A stretch of 64,000 bases of DNA from Acidobacteriota bacterium (GTDB taxonomy: Bacteria > Acidobacteriota > UBA890 > WLXD01): the NCBI GenBank assembly GCA_963666055.2, contig CAXWPH010000010.1, positions 112,522 to 176,521 of the forward strand, in the 5' to 3' direction. The stretch's first letter is position 1. Each line of letters opens with the position of its first letter. Below, in pieces: positions 31,410-42,525 of this stretch. A model generated the notes under the pieces. The model was not told the DNA's origin. It did not search any database and saw nothing but the letters and a program-made list of their open reading frames with translations. The position numbers and the translations under genes were made by a program.

Positions 31410-31962
31410 GGCCGGCGGACAACGCCGCCACCCGTCGCAGCTCCCGGCGGCGCGCGTCGAAACTGTCCTCCAATTCCTCGACCTTCATCAGCACGCGCTG
31501 ATCACGCTCGTCACCGGAGAACTCGTTGGCGACCCAAGCCCGTACAATGTCGGAGGCGAGATCGGGCCCGAGAACGCGCGCACCCAGGCACAGCACGTTG
31601 GCGTCTACGATGCGGCGCGCGTGCCGCGCGCTCACGGCATTCTGGCAATGCGCCGCGCGAATTCCGGGAATCTTGTTCGCCACGATGCTCGCAGCAGCAC
31701 CCGAGCTACAGACGACAACGGCCAGGTCAGCCTCCCCCGACAGCACTGCGTACGCCACGATCGTGGCAATGTCGGCCAGGTCCGCAGCGTCGCTCAATCC
31801 GCCGCCATGAACGGCGTGCTCTTTGGCAGTATGGCGTTCTTCGCGTAGCTCGGCAACGAGCTTGTCTTTCAGCTGGTCCCCTTCATGGTCGGCGCCCAAC
31901 GCCACACGACGCAGCTGTATCGCCCGGCTTTCGCCAACTGGTCGTTTGGTTGCTACCGCCAT
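31396..31962 (-). CDS. rpiB: Ribose-5-phosphate isomerase B family (motifs divergent)
   Basis: GADHEG, ANKIPGIRAA, ANVLCLGAR. Confidence 0.8.
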   Translation of the reverse strand: MAVATKRPVGESRAIQLRRVALGADHEGDQLKDKLVAELREERHTAKEHAVHGGGLSDAADLADIATIVAYAVLSGEADLAVVVCSSGAAASIVANKIPGIRAAHCQNAVSARHARRIVDANVLCLGARVLGPDLASDIVRAWVANEFSGDERDQRVLMKVEELEDSFDARRRELRRVAALSAGHADS

Positions 31963-31978
31963 GTTCTCGTCCGTGTCC

Positions 31979-34006
31979 TCAGGCCTGCTCTAGTAAAGCG
32001 CGAGCATTGGCCTCGACATTTTCTACGGTGAAACCGAACTCCTTCAAGTTGGTCGGCGCCGGCGCGGACGCGCCGAATCGATCGATGCCGATAACGCGCC
32101 CGCGATCGCCGGCGTATCGACTCCAACCAAATGTCGTACCGGCTTCCACCACCAAGCGGCGCTTGACACGCGGCGGAAACACCGCGTCACGGTATTCGGT
32201 GTCTTGTCGTTCGAACAACTCCCACGAGGGCATGCTCACCACACGAGCTGCGATGCCGTCCTCGCAAAGGCAGCCGTAAGCTTCGACCACTAGCTGCAAT
32301 TCTGATCCGCTAGCAATGAGAATGATCTCAGGCTCACCGTCGACGTTGGCGCCCGCAAAGACATACGCACCGCGGCGAACGTCGCTCGCATCTGCGTCGG
32401 TTTCCAGCACCGGAAGCTTCTGCCGGGTCAGCGCAAGTGCGACCGGCCCCTCTTCTTCAATCGCCACCACCCACGCCTCGCGCGTCTCATTAGCGTCACC
32501 TGGTCGGAGCACCACCAGCCCGGGAATCGCTCGCAGCGATGCCAGCTGCTCGATCGGCTGATGTGTCGGACCGTCCTCGCCGACACCGATACTGTCGTGC
32601 GTGTACACATAGATCGCCGGCAGCCGCATCAGAGCGGCCAGACGGATCGCCGGCCGCATGTAGTCGGAGAAAATGAGGAACGTTCCGCCGTACGGGCGCA
32701 GTCCGCGGTGCAACGCCATGCCGTTCATCATTGCGCCCATGGCGTGTTCGCGGACGCCGAACCTCAGATTCCGACCCTCGAACGCTCTCGGGCCGAGGTC
32801 ATCGTGACCATCGAGCAACGTCTTGTTGGAGCCCGCCAGATCGGCGGAACCGCCAATCATCTCTGGCACTGCTGCGGCCAGCGCATTGAGCACTTTCCCC
32901 GAGGCGGCGCGTGTCGCCATGGGTCCGTCGTTCGGCTCGAAGCGTGGTAGGCCACGACCCCAATCAAGAGGCAGGTCCCGCCGGGTACGGCGATCGAGCT
33001 CCGCGGCGAGTTGCGGATGAGTATCCGCATAGCGCTCCATGTCCGCCTGCCACGCCACCTCCAGGCTTCTTCCTTCAGCCACCGCCCTACGGAAGTGGGT
33101 AGCAACGTCGTCCGGAACGTAAAACGGCGGCTCGGCAGGCCACCCGAGCTGGCTCTTGGTAAGCGCCAGCTCGTCCTCACCCAGAGGCTCACCGTGCGCC
33201 TTGGAGGTGTTCTCGCGGTTCGGGCTGCCGTACCCGATACGAGTTGCGATGGCGATCAGCGACGGCTTGTCGGCGACCGCCTTGGCAGCGTGGATAGCGG
33301 CGTCGATGGCATCGAGATCGTTACCGTCAGATACCGTCTGCGTATGCCAGCCGTAGGCCCGGTAGCGCGCCGGAATATCTTCGGAGAACGCCAGCGCCGT
33401 CACGCCTTCAATGGTGATCTTGTTGTCGTCGTATAGCACGACGAGCTTTCCGAGACCGAGGTGCCCGGCGAACGATGCGGCTTCGGCCTGTACTCCCTCC
33501 ATCATGTCGCCGTCGCTGGCAATCGCGAAGGTGTGGTGATCGACTGGGTGGTGGTCGCCGCGATTGAACTCTGCCGCCAAGCGGGCTTCAGCCAGCGCCA
33601 TTCCGACGGCGTTGCCGAAGCCTTGCCCCAGCGGGCCGGTCGTCGTTTCAACGCCGGGTGTCGCCCCGTACTCAGGGTGCCCGGGCGTGGCGCTGCCCCA
33701 TTGTCGGAATCGCTTGAGCTCCTCCATCGGCAGGTCGTAGCCGGTGAGGTGTAGCAACGAGTAAAGGAGCATCGAAGCGTGCCCAGCCGAAAGCACGAAG
33801 CGATCGCGGTTCGGCCAATCCGGGTTCCGCGGGTTGTGCTTGAGGTGCCTGGTCCACAGCACGTAGGCCATGGCGGCGGCTCCCATCGGCATTCCGGGAT
33901 GCCCCGAGTTGGCTCGCTGAACTGCGTCAGCGGCGAGCATCCGGATAGTGTTTATGGCAAGCGTATCGACCGCGGCGATGGTCGGTGCTGGCTCAGTCGT
34001 CGGCAT
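31979..34006 (-). CDS. tkt: Transketolase
   Basis: [46 protein letters not shown]. Confidence 0.97.
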   Translation of the reverse strand: MPTTEPAPTIAAVDTLAINTIRMLAADAVQRANSGHPGMPMGAAAMAYVLWTRHLKHNPRNPDWPNRDRFVLSAGHASMLLYSLLHLTGYDLPMEELKRFRQWGSATPGHPEYGATPGVETTTGPLGQGFGNAVGMALAEARLAAEFNRGDHHPVDHHTFAIASDGDMMEGVQAEAASFAGHLGLGKLVVLYDDNKITIEGVTALAFSEDIPARYRAYGWHTQTVSDGNDLDAIDAAIHAAKAVADKPSLIAIATRIGYGSPNRENTSKAHGEPLGEDELALTKSQLGWPAEPPFYVPDDVATHFRRAVAEGRSLEVAWQADMERYADTHPQLAAELDRRTRRDLPLDWGRGLPRFEPNDGPMATRAASGKVLNALAAAVPEMIGGSADLAGSNKTLLDGHDDLGPRAFEGRNLRFGVREHAMGAMMNGMALHRGLRPYGGTFLIFSDYMRPAIRLAALMRLPAIYVYTHDSIGVGEDGPTHQPIEQLASLRAIPGLVVLRPGDANETREAWVVAIEEEGPVALALTRQKLPVLETDADASDVRRGAYVFAGANVDGEPEIILIASGSELQLVVEAYGCLCEDGIAARVVSMPSWELFERQDTEYRDAVFPPRVKRRLVVEAGTTFGWSRYAGDRGRVIGIDRFGASAPAPTNLKEFGFTVENVEANARALLEQA

Positions 34007-34240
34007 CCCTTTCCCCTGACTACCTAGACTCAGAGCTTCTTCGGCAAGCCCGCGGCCGCAACGTTGACTTTCCGTCGCGCGCCGTTGTCCGGGCACAAGC
34101 GGCCACAGTGTAGCAGCAGCGAGCCGGTGGATTAGTTTGGCGGCCTGACCCCTTACGGCCCGGAAAGAATCGCCTTCGTAGCGCTTGCCCGGCTTGCTAC
34201 GATCTAGCGGTTGGGCGAAAACTCTCTGGGCTTGGTGCCA

Positions 34241-35650
34241 ATGTTGCGTCGTCTGTTAGCGCTGGCAATCCTGGCGATGTGCACGAGCGCATGCGCCGCG
34301 CCGCCGGTGCCGTTTTCATTACGCTTCACCGTCTTCCCTACCACTCAAGGCGCCGACATCGTCGTCGAGGTCCACGGTGGGCGGGACGACCTTGCATGGG
34401 TCGGGTTCGCCGCCGGCCCTGGCGCCCCGGCCGATCTGCCCCAGCGCGTTCAATCCGTGCAGGCGCGGACACCGGACGGGCGCCGACTGCCACAACGACG
34501 TCACGGAAGGGCCGGGTACCAGATAGAGCTCGAGGGCTCTAGCTGGCAACTCAGCTACAGCCTCGATCTACGGCCGCGCCCCGGTGACGACATCTTCTAT
34601 CGCTCGAGCGTGAGGGAAGACGACTATCTCGTGCTCGTCGGCTCTGACGCCTGGGCGCGTTTCTACACGCAGCCCGACGCGCTCGCCATGAGTCCGACCG
34701 AGAGGCCAGGCGGTGTTGTTCTGGAGGCACGGGCAGCCTTCAACCTCCCAGAGAAGCCTACTGCCTGGAAGGTCGCGACAACCGCCAGGGCGCGCAGCGC
34801 ACGAACCTTCGAGCTATCCGAGCATCCGACCGCGAGCGTCTTCGCACTCGGCCCGTTCGAGATCCGGGACATCGACGAGGTGCCTGGGCTCCAGCTGGCC
34901 GTCCACCCACGCTGGAGCGTGCTCAACGAATCGATCGACGTCCTCATCGGCAAGCTGCTGCTGTCGCACCGGGAACGGCTGGGATCGCCCGGGAGCACCA
35001 CGGCCCTGGCGCTGATGAACCCGCTGCCGCAACAACTTGGGCCCACCGGCGGACTACGGACCGCCGGCATGGTGCGCGGTCGGTCGCTGATCCTGTACGC
35101 CGGTGCCAGCCCGTGGGTCGAACCTGACGACCCGCAACTGCGCGAGGCGATGGCCGTCTTCTTAGGGCACGAGCTCTTTCACCTGTGGGTTCCTTCGGGT
35201 GTCCAGGTAACGCGCGAGCTGTCATGGTTGTCGGAAGGCTGGGCAATGCATATGGGACGTCTGGCGGCGGTCGACGTGGGGTGGCTCAGCCAGCCGGCGA
35301 GCATTCAACGCCTTCAGGACGCATACCGCCGCTATCTAGATATCGGAGGCTATCGGGCAGGCAGCCTGCCAGAGGCCAGCATGGGCAGCGAGAGCCGGCG
35401 CGATCTGCTGTATCTGCGGGGCGAGCTGGTCTTCCGTCTGCTCGAGCGACAATGGGCACTGACCAACAGCGGCAACTTCGAAGCGGCGCTTTGGCTCGCC
35501 TTGGCAGATGCTTACGACGGCCGCACGCCGCTCGACGCCGAGAGCGTTCGGTCAGCACTCGCATCGTTGGTCGATCGCGGCACCGTTCGGCGCTACGTCG
35601 AGGGCAGGTCGCCACTGACACCCTCGGCGCTGGGCCTACGCCGACGATAA
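34241..35650 (+). CDS. Gluzincin (M61/M1-like) metallopeptidase, probable lipoprotein
   Basis: HELFHLW...WLSEG zinc motif, YLRG; N-terminal signal with Cys. Confidence 0.72.
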   Translation: MLRRLLALAILAMCTSACAAPPVPFSLRFTVFPTTQGADIVVEVHGGRDDLAWVGFAAGPGAPADLPQRVQSVQARTPDGRRLPQRRHGRAGYQIELEGSSWQLSYSLDLRPRPGDDIFYRSSVREDDYLVLVGSDAWARFYTQPDALAMSPTERPGGVVLEARAAFNLPEKPTAWKVATTARARSARTFELSEHPTASVFALGPFEIRDIDEVPGLQLAVHPRWSVLNESIDVLIGKLLLSHRERLGSPGSTTALALMNPLPQQLGPTGGLRTAGMVRGRSLILYAGASPWVEPDDPQLREAMAVFLGHELFHLWVPSGVQVTRELSWLSEGWAMHMGRLAAVDVGWLSQPASIQRLQDAYRRYLDIGGYRAGSLPEASMGSESRRDLLYLRGELVFRLLERQWALTNSGNFEAALWLALADAYDGRTPLDAESVRSALASLVDRGTVRRYVEGRSPLTPSALGLRRR

Positions 35651-35670
35651 TTCGCCGGCGGCCTCGAGCC

Positions 35671-36237
35671 ATGGCGCTAGCGATAGTCCTGCTGGCGGCC
35701 AACCTAACCAGTGCCTGCACGCCGATCCCGGCGCCAGATCGTAGCCAGAGCGACTCACCGCGCATGCCCCCCATACGGCGTGGTGATTTTCTTCCCGACT
35801 TCGCATTCGTCGACACCGATGGCGCCACAGTCCGCGCCGCGGATCTCCGTGATGCGGTCGCCGTGCTCACATTCGCAGCGCCCGGGGCACCCTTCGCCAA
35901 CGAGCTCCTGGATCGCCTCGCAACCGTCGACCTACGACTGGAAAACAGCCCGCGGGCCACCCGATTCGTTGTTTTCGCCATCGGCTCAGATGCGCTGAGC
36001 GCCGCGGCGCTCCGCGCTGGACGCCCGTCGGACTGGCTGGTGCTCACCGGGCCATCAGCCCAGATTATCGACTTCGCGACCCGCTTCGGAGTCATGACCT
36101 GGACGGAGGACGATGGTCCCGCCCATACCCTGCGCGTTGCGGTCGCCGGGCCATCCGGTCGAATCACCGAATTGCTCGAGGGTCTCAGCCCCTGGTCTGT
36201 CGAGGATCTGCTGGCGGCGGTGGCCGCCGCCGACTGA
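35671..36237 (+). CDS. SCO/thioredoxin-fold lipoprotein lacking the Cys motif
   Basis: Lipobox-like TSAC, PDFAFVDTDG, WLVLTG, HT, GPSGRI. Confidence 0.65.
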   Translation: MALAIVLLAANLTSACTPIPAPDRSQSDSPRMPPIRRGDFLPDFAFVDTDGATVRAADLRDAVAVLTFAAPGAPFANELLDRLATVDLRLENSPRATRFVVFAIGSDALSAAALRAGRPSDWLVLTGPSAQIIDFATRFGVMTWTEDDGPAHTLRVAVAGPSGRITELLEGLSPWSVEDLLAAVAAAD

Positions 36238-36312
36238 AGAGTGCTCCCGTCGCGCCTGGCATCGGCACCCATTTCGTCACCACGATATGGAGCGATTATC
36301 TGTTACAGGCCA

Positions 36313-36466
36313 CTAGCAGGCCGTGGTGAAAGTGTGGTGGGTCTGGCAAGTAGGTATTGCGGGGGAGGGCGAGAAGCGCCGACGAGGCGATGCAGGAACA
36401 TCGTTGAGGAGGTGCGACGCGGCCGTCGCCCGTAAGACCTACTTGCCCGGAGGGTTACGCCGCATT
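36313..36466. mobile_element. Truncated, divergent MITE copy (one TIR plus half the body)
   Basis: CTAG + CAGGCCGTGGTGAAAGTGTGGTGGGTCTGG, then sequence alignable to the reverse complement of the 46751 element through GCCCGGAGGGTTACG. Confidence 0.75.
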
Positions 36467-36472
36467 ACTCAT

Positions 36473-38305
36473 CTACACCGAGACAATGTCGGCGGCTTCA
36501 GCCGGGCCTGTATCGATCGTGCTGTCGTACTGCAACCGGTACAAGCAAGCGTAGATGCCGTCCATAGACAGCAGCTCCTCGTGTGTGCCCTGCTCGCGCA
36601 CCTCGCCATGGTGCAGCACCACGATGCGGTCTACCTCACGTATGGTCGACAGTCGGTGCGCCACGATCAGCGCCGTGCGATCGGCCACCAGGTTGTGCAG
36701 CGCCCGCTGGATGCGCGACTCGGTCTCTGAATCAACACTGGAGGTGGCTTCGTCGAGCACCAGCACCGCCGGATCCGACGCCAGCGCTCGAGCGAACGCC
36801 AGGAGCTGTCGCTCGCCGAACGACAGGTTTGCGCCGCGCTCGCCCAGGGGTGTCTCGAGACGCTCAGGGAGCTCGTTGATAAAGTCGGTCGCTTCGACGA
36901 GGCTGGCGGCTCGCTCAATCGCGTCGTCTTCGACGTGCTCCGATCCCAGGCCTATGTTGGCGCCGATCGTGTCTGTAAACAGGAACACGTCCTGCGGAAC
37001 GGTACCGAAGAATCGGCGTAGAGATCCGAGCTCGAACTCGCGAGCATCCACCCCGTCGATGGTGACCCGCCCTTGCTGCGGCTCATACAGGCGTTGCAAC
37101 ACTTTGACCACCGACGACTTGCCGGCGCCGGTCGCGCCGACAAGCGCTACCTTTTCGCCACGGCGCAAACTCAGGTCTATTCCCTTGAGCACCGGTTGCC
37201 CCTCGCCCGCCGTGTCTTCGTAGGCGAAGGTCAGGTTCTCGAGACGGATCTCGTCTTCAAACGAATCGAGCGTTGGCGCATCGACGACGCTGGCAATCGT
37301 CACGGGCTCGTCGAGAAGGGCGAAGATCTTGCCGGTCGATGCGGCCGCACGCTGCAATGTGTCGTACTTGTCGGAGAGATCCTCGAGCGGCATATAGAAG
37401 CGGCGCAGGTACTCGAGGAACTGCACCAGCAACCCCACCGTTACCGTGCCGCCGATGATCCCGAACCCTCCGTAAACAAGCACCAGCGCGGTGGCAACGG
37501 TTGTTGCGGCCTGAACCGATGCCGACAGAAACGACGAGTAGCGGACCCCGCTCAGATCGATACGCAGAAGATCATCGCGCAACGCCCGGAACTCGTCGCG
37601 CTTGCGCTCCTGCTGACCGAACACCTGAATCACTCCCATCCCGGTCAATGATTCCTGCAGGAAGGCATTGAGGCGCGCGACGAGGGTTCGCGAACGATCG
37701 TAGGCGTCTCTCAGTCGGACCCGCACTGCTGCAAGGATGGCCACCAGAAACGGCAAGACGACAAACGACGCCAGCGTCAGGCGCCAATCGATCCACGCCA
37801 TCGCCGCAACGATGCCGACCAGCGTCACCAGGTCGCGCGCCATCGCCACGATTCCCTGTGACATGAGCTCGTTGAGCGTTTCGACGTCGCTGGTGACTCG
37901 CGTCATCACCTGACCAATCGGATTGCGATCGAAGAACGACATCGAGAGTCGCTGCAGGTGGCGGAACGTCGCCATCCGCAGGTCGTGCATCATGCGCTGG
38001 CCGGCCAACTGCATCAGATACAGCTGGATGAAACGCATCGCCATCTCGCCTACTTGGATGGCCAGGAACACCAGGATGAGCGTCCAGAGGCCGCCGAGGG
38101 CAGACGCGTCTCCCGTCGCTGCCGGCGTCACGTGGCGATCGATTGCCAGTCGCAGCAGGTAGGGAGCTGCAAGCTGCGCCGCGGCGAGCAAGGGAAGCGT
38201 CAGGCTGGCAAGCACAAGCAGACCGGCGTGCTGCTGAACGTATGGTCGCAGCCGCTTCAGAATGCGCAGATCGCGACTTCGACGAGCTTCTTGCCCGGCG
38301 TCCAA
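36473..38305 (-). CDS. ABC exporter ATP-binding/permease subunit
   Basis: 6-TM domain, GATGAGKS, LSFGERQ, DEATSSVD, IVAHRLST. Confidence 0.95.
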   Translation of the reverse strand: MDAGQEARRSRDLRILKRLRPYVQQHAGLLVLASLTLPLLAAAQLAAPYLLRLAIDRHVTPAATGDASALGGLWTLILVFLAIQVGEMAMRFIQLYLMQLAGQRMMHDLRMATFRHLQRLSMSFFDRNPIGQVMTRVTSDVETLNELMSQGIVAMARDLVTLVGIVAAMAWIDWRLTLASFVVLPFLVAILAAVRVRLRDAYDRSRTLVARLNAFLQESLTGMGVIQVFGQQERKRDEFRALRDDLLRIDLSGVRYSSFLSASVQAATTVATALVLVYGGFGIIGGTVTVGLLVQFLEYLRRFYMPLEDLSDKYDTLQRAAASTGKIFALLDEPVTIASVVDAPTLDSFEDEIRLENLTFAYEDTAGEGQPVLKGIDLSLRRGEKVALVGATGAGKSSVVKVLQRLYEPQQGRVTIDGVDAREFELGSLRRFFGTVPQDVFLFTDTIGANIGLGSEHVEDDAIERAASLVEATDFINELPERLETPLGERGANLSFGERQLLAFARALASDPAVLVLDEATSSVDSETESRIQRALHNLVADRTALIVAHRLSTIREVDRIVVLHHGEVREQGTHEELLSMDGIYACLYRLQYDSTIDTGPAEAADIVSV

Positions 38306-38307
38306 CT

Positions 38308-40101
38308 TCAGTACCTCTCCAAGCGGGCCGAGATCTGTTGCTGCTCGTGCATCGCAGCGTAGAGGCCCGGGCGAGCGATCAGCTCGCCGTGCCGGCCAGC
38401 GTCGACCACGCGGCCAGCATCCATCACGTAGATGCGATCGGCATCTTGGACCGCCGTGATGCGATTGGAGACAGCGATAATAGACCGGCGCTGCCGCTCT
38501 TCCGTGAGCCCGGCCAGAATGACCCGCTCCGTCTGCGTGTCGACGTTAGACAGGGCGTTGTCGAGCACCAAGACCGGGGCATCTGTCACCAGCGCCCTGG
38601 CGAGCGCCACTCGTTGCCGCTGGCCGCCCGAGAGGTTGAGCCCACGCTCGCCGACCTCCGTATCCAACCCCTGCGACAAACCGCTCGTTTCAGGGTCGAG
38701 GCCGGCGCGTACGGCAGCGGCGGCCAAGCTCTCGGCGCTGGCCGACGGATCTCCGAACGCGATGTTGGAGCTAACCGACGTCGAGAACAGGAAATCGTCC
38801 TGTGGCACGTATGCCATGTGGCCGCGTAACTGGCTCAAGTCCAGGCGATTGACGTCGGCGTTGCCAACGTAGACGGTCTCTTCGGGCACCTCGACCAAGC
38901 GCATTAGAGCTTTCAGTAGAGTGCTCTTGCCCGAACCTACTCGACCCACCAGCGCTACGAACTCGCCGGGGGCGACGTCAAAATCAACGTCCAGAAGGGC
39001 TGCTCGGCGCGCTTGCTGGCTAGCCGCGAGCGCCTCGCCGCCCAGGCCACCGTACGCCGCCATGGCGTCGGCGTAGCGAAACGTCAGGCCGCGCACACTG
39101 ATTCCGCCGGTCGCTACGAGAGGTTCCGGTTCGGCCGGCGAGGCGATCGTCTCCGGCGCCTGCAGAATCTGATCAAGACGTTCGAGCGCCGCCGAGCCAC
39201 GCTGTAGCAAGCTGAGGATCCATCCGAAGGCCACGGTGGGGAACGCCAGCATGGCGACATAACTAATGAACGCGACGAGGTCACCGAGGCTGAGACGACC
39301 CGCTGCCACTAGTGGTGCGCCGAGGCCCAGCACGCCAACGTACGAAAGTCCGCCGGTGAGGCCCACCAGTGGGATCATCTGCGCCCTGGTCCACGACTCC
39401 TTGAGCGCCCACCCGACGTAGTCTTGCGAGCGCTCCTCGAAGCGGCGCGTCTGCACGTACTGCAGATCGAACGAGCGCACCACCTGCGCTCCGGCCAGGT
39501 TCTCCTGCACGGTCGTGTTCAAGGCGCCGAGCGACTCCCGTGACGCCACTGCATAGGCGCGCATCCGGTGCGCCATACCGCGGACGATCCACGCCATCAG
39601 CGGTAGCGGTGCCACGACGACGAGCGTGAGCTGCCAGCTCAGGGTCACCATGAACCCGATGCCCAAGATCCACAGCAGAACGGCGTTGGCGAAGTACAGC
39701 ACTCCAGGGCCGCCCATCGCCCGTACGAGCATCACGTCGTTTGTAAGCCGCGACATCAGATCGCCGGTGCTCAGCACATTGTAGAAGCTGGGGGCAAGGC
39801 GCACCAGGCGCGCGTGAACGAGCTCCTTGAGGTCGTACTCGACCCGCCGCGAGATGCCCAGAACCCAAATACGCGACGCTATACGCGACACCGCCTGTAC
39901 CGCAGCGAGCCCAACTATCGCGCCCCCGTACAGCATCACCTGACGCCGCGCCGCGCCGCCGTCGAGAGCGTCGACGGCGGCGCCGAACACTCTCGGTATC
40001 GCCATATACGCCGCGTTGGTGACGAGTAACACCATCATCCCGAAGGCGTAGCTGAGGCGGTAGCGCGTGAACAGGTGCGCATACGACCGCAGCATACTCA
40101 T
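38308..40101 (-). CDS. ABC exporter ATP-binding/permease subunit (heterodimer partner, degenerate site)
   Basis: GRVGSGKS, LSGGQRQR, LDNALS (no catalytic Glu), SNR (no switch His). Confidence 0.93.
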   Translation of the reverse strand: MSMLRSYAHLFTRYRLSYAFGMMVLLVTNAAYMAIPRVFGAAVDALDGGAARRQVMLYGGAIVGLAAVQAVSRIASRIWVLGISRRVEYDLKELVHARLVRLAPSFYNVLSTGDLMSRLTNDVMLVRAMGGPGVLYFANAVLLWILGIGFMVTLSWQLTLVVVAPLPLMAWIVRGMAHRMRAYAVASRESLGALNTTVQENLAGAQVVRSFDLQYVQTRRFEERSQDYVGWALKESWTRAQMIPLVGLTGGLSYVGVLGLGAPLVAAGRLSLGDLVAFISYVAMLAFPTVAFGWILSLLQRGSAALERLDQILQAPETIASPAEPEPLVATGGISVRGLTFRYADAMAAYGGLGGEALAASQQARRAALLDVDFDVAPGEFVALVGRVGSGKSTLLKALMRLVEVPEETVYVGNADVNRLDLSQLRGHMAYVPQDDFLFSTSVSSNIAFGDPSASAESLAAAAVRAGLDPETSGLSQGLDTEVGERGLNLSGGQRQRVALARALVTDAPVLVLDNALSNVDTQTERVILAGLTEERQRRSIIAVSNRITAVQDADRIYVMDAGRVVDAGRHGELIARPGLYAAMHEQQQISARLERY

Positions 40102-40134
40102 TCGGTTCTCCGCGAACAGTGCCGACGCAGCGTG

Positions 40135-40740
40135 CTATTGCGCCAACGGAGGTTGCAGAAGGAACGCGCGGAGCGCGAACAGATAGCCACGCCAGACCTG
40201 GAGCTGTGCCTCGAGCTCAGGCGTATCCCGGAAGCCGGAGTGCTCGAGCGTCATGGTCGTGCGACCTTCCTCGACCTCCTCGAACGTAAGCGTGACGAGC
40301 GACTCGTAGGCGCCCGCGGGAAATACTTCCGCTGGAGGCAGCCAAGTGAACACTAGACGGTCCGGTCGATCGACCTCCAGATATCGCCCCTGCCACACGC
40401 CGTCGTAGCCCTCCCAGCCGAAGCGGAACTCCTCATCCTCACTGACCGTCATCTCGGCCCAGTGTGGCAGCCACTCCACTAGCTGGTTCGCATCGGTCCA
40501 CGCATCAAAGGCAATCTCGGGACTCACTGGAAGCGCCAGTACCAGCCGCACCACGCGGTCGGTCTGCAGGATCTCTACGGAACCTTGCCCCTGCGGTCGC
40601 AGGATCTGGGTTGCCCTGGCCCCGTGTGCCGGCGTTGCCGCCACGACGACCAAACCCACCAGCGCGGCACCCCTGGCGATGCCCAACAAACCAGGCCAGG
40701 CGGCTCGCCGCCGCGCTCGACGCGCTGTCTCAAACCTCAT
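40135..40740 (-). CDS. SRPBCC/AHSA1 domain protein
   Basis: FDAWTD, GRYLEVDRPDRLVFTW, TTMTLEHSGF. Confidence 0.82.
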   Translation of the reverse strand: MRFETARRARRRAAWPGLLGIARGAALVGLVVVAATPAHGARATQILRPQGQGSVEILQTDRVVRLVLALPVSPEIAFDAWTDANQLVEWLPHWAEMTVSEDEEFRFGWEGYDGVWQGRYLEVDRPDRLVFTWLPPAEVFPAGAYESLVTLTFEEVEEGRTTMTLEHSGFRDTPELEAQLQVWRGYLFALRAFLLQPPLAQ

Positions 40741-40871
40741 TGTGGTCCCCACCCCGTTGCGACCATCTCCGTCCAGCCCACGCTCACCTACCGAGGTTAC
40801 TGAAAAAACGCCGCAACCGCCACGCGCGCCAGGCCCGAGCCCAGCACTCAACGGCCATCGGTGGAGAGATC

Positions 40872-42053
40872 TCAGACGACGCCACCGGCTCGCAACAACG
40901 CTATCTGCGCGGAATCGAAACCGAGCTCTCCGAGAATTTCGTCGGTATGCTCTCCGAGCGATGGCGGTGACCGGTGTGGGTCACCGCGTGTGCCGTCAAT
41001 GCGTATCGGGTTGCCCACCATGCGGAGACCTGAGGACCCGCTTTCTTTCACTAGCCCGCTGTCGAGCTCGATTTCCTCATCGAGTGCCTGGCCTACCGAC
41101 CGCACGATCCCGCAGGGCACACGTACGGCCCGCAAACGATCTATCCACTGTTCGCTGGAGCGTTCGACGAGGCGCTCTTCGATCAGCCCTTCGAGCTCGT
41201 CACGGCGTTCGACGCGACCAGCGTTGGTGCGGAAGCGCGGGTCATGGACAAGGTCCTCAAGCTCCAGCGCCGCGCAGAACCTCCGCCACAGGGAGTCGCT
41301 CGCGACGCCGATCACGACGGTGCCGTCCGCCGTCGGGAACGGACGATACGGCACCAGGCTCGGGTGCGCGTTGCCCAATCGGCGCGGTTGTATGCCGGCG
41401 GTCAGGTACTGCTGCGCCTGGTAGGTAAAGGTGGAGATCAATGCATCGGTCAGCGCAATCTCGACGTGCGCACCGCAACCGGTGCTCTGGCGTTTCAAAA
41501 GAGCCGCCAGCACGCCCTGCACCAGGTAAAGGCCGGCAACCTCGTCGGCTATCGATACACCGGCTTTGGTGGCCACGCCATCGGTAGGCCCGGTCAGGTC
41601 CATGAGCCCGGACTCGGCCTGGATAACAAGATCGAAGGCCGGGAGCGACGCGCGCGTACCGGTTTCGCCGTAACCATTGATAACGCAGTAGACCAGGCGC
41701 GGGGCGCGCCGTCGAACATCGTCGTAGCCAAAACCCAGCTCGCTCATCAGGCCCGGGCGGAAGTTTGAGACCACCACGTCAGCACGTTCGAGCAAGCGCC
41801 ACAGCACGTCGCTTCCGGCGGTGCTCTTGAGATCAAGGGTCACGCTGCGCTTGTTGCGATTCACAGACAAGAAGTACGTGGCCGTCCCATGAAAAAACGG
41901 CGGGCCCCAGTGACGAGTGTCGTCTCCCTGTCCGGGACGCTCGACCTTGATCACGTTCGCCCCCAGATCGCCGAGGATCATGGTGGCAAAGGGTCCGGCG
42001 AGAATGCGTGTCAGGTCGACGACCAAGATGTCCTGCAGCGGCGAGCTCGTCAT
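40872..42053 (-). CDS. CoA-transferase family III (CaiB/BaiF)
   Basis: LAGPFATMILGDLGANVIKVE, NRNKRS, NFRPG, PSLGEHT. Confidence 0.94.
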   Translation of the reverse strand: MTSSPLQDILVVDLTRILAGPFATMILGDLGANVIKVERPGQGDDTRHWGPPFFHGTATYFLSVNRNKRSVTLDLKSTAGSDVLWRLLERADVVVSNFRPGLMSELGFGYDDVRRRAPRLVYCVINGYGETGTRASLPAFDLVIQAESGLMDLTGPTDGVATKAGVSIADEVAGLYLVQGVLAALLKRQSTGCGAHVEIALTDALISTFTYQAQQYLTAGIQPRRLGNAHPSLVPYRPFPTADGTVVIGVASDSLWRRFCAALELEDLVHDPRFRTNAGRVERRDELEGLIEERLVERSSEQWIDRLRAVRVPCGIVRSVGQALDEEIELDSGLVKESGSSGLRMVGNPIRIDGTRGDPHRSPPSLGEHTDEILGELGFDSAQIALLRAGGVV

Positions 42054-42107
42054 GGTGCTCGTTCCCGGGCGTGTCGGCCGTGGGGCGTTTTTTCCGCGGC
42101 CACTCTA

Positions 42108-42136
42108 TAGACAGGCCCAATAGGCGTCGCTATTAT
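42108..42136 (+). promoter_or_regulatory. Putative sigma70 promoter of paralogue 1
   Basis: TAGACA-17 nt-TATTAT, then GGAGG RBS before the TTG start at 42166. Confidence 0.55.
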
Positions 42137-42165
42137 GGCCGCGCAGCCAACCGCTGGGAGGCACA

Positions 42166-42516
42166 TTGGCAACGCAGCAGTCCTTTTCTGCTCGTCTTTC
42201 TTTCCCCCCTCAAGAGTTCCTCGAGGGTGCCGACCGCGACAACGAAGCCTGCCGTAGCCTCTGGGTCGCTGTAATCCACAAGGCCATGAAGGACCTGGCG
42301 TATGCCTGCGCCAAGGGAACTCAGCCTGCCTTGACCCCGAGTGAGCGAGAGAAGCTACAGCGCATCCACGAGCTCGACACGCCGGAATCGTTCTTCCATA
42401 GCAACTGGTTTGAGGAGATCTGTCGCAACCTCGAGCTGTCGGCCTCGCGGATTCGCAGCGAGATCCTCGCACGGTACGCTCAGGAAACGCGGGGACGAGC
42501 GGCGATCAACCGATAG
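42166..42516 (+). CDS. Uncharacterised small protein, paralogue 1 of 3
   Basis: ACRSLWVAVIHKAMKD...PESFF...WFEEICRNL; RBS; homology to 44478 and 48380 ORFs. Confidence 0.8.
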   Translation: MATQQSFSARLSFPPQEFLEGADRDNEACRSLWVAVIHKAMKDLAYACAKGTQPALTPSEREKLQRIHELDTPESFFHSNWFEEICRNLELSASRIRSEILARYAQETRGRAAINR

Positions 42517-42525
42517 CGGAGACGC

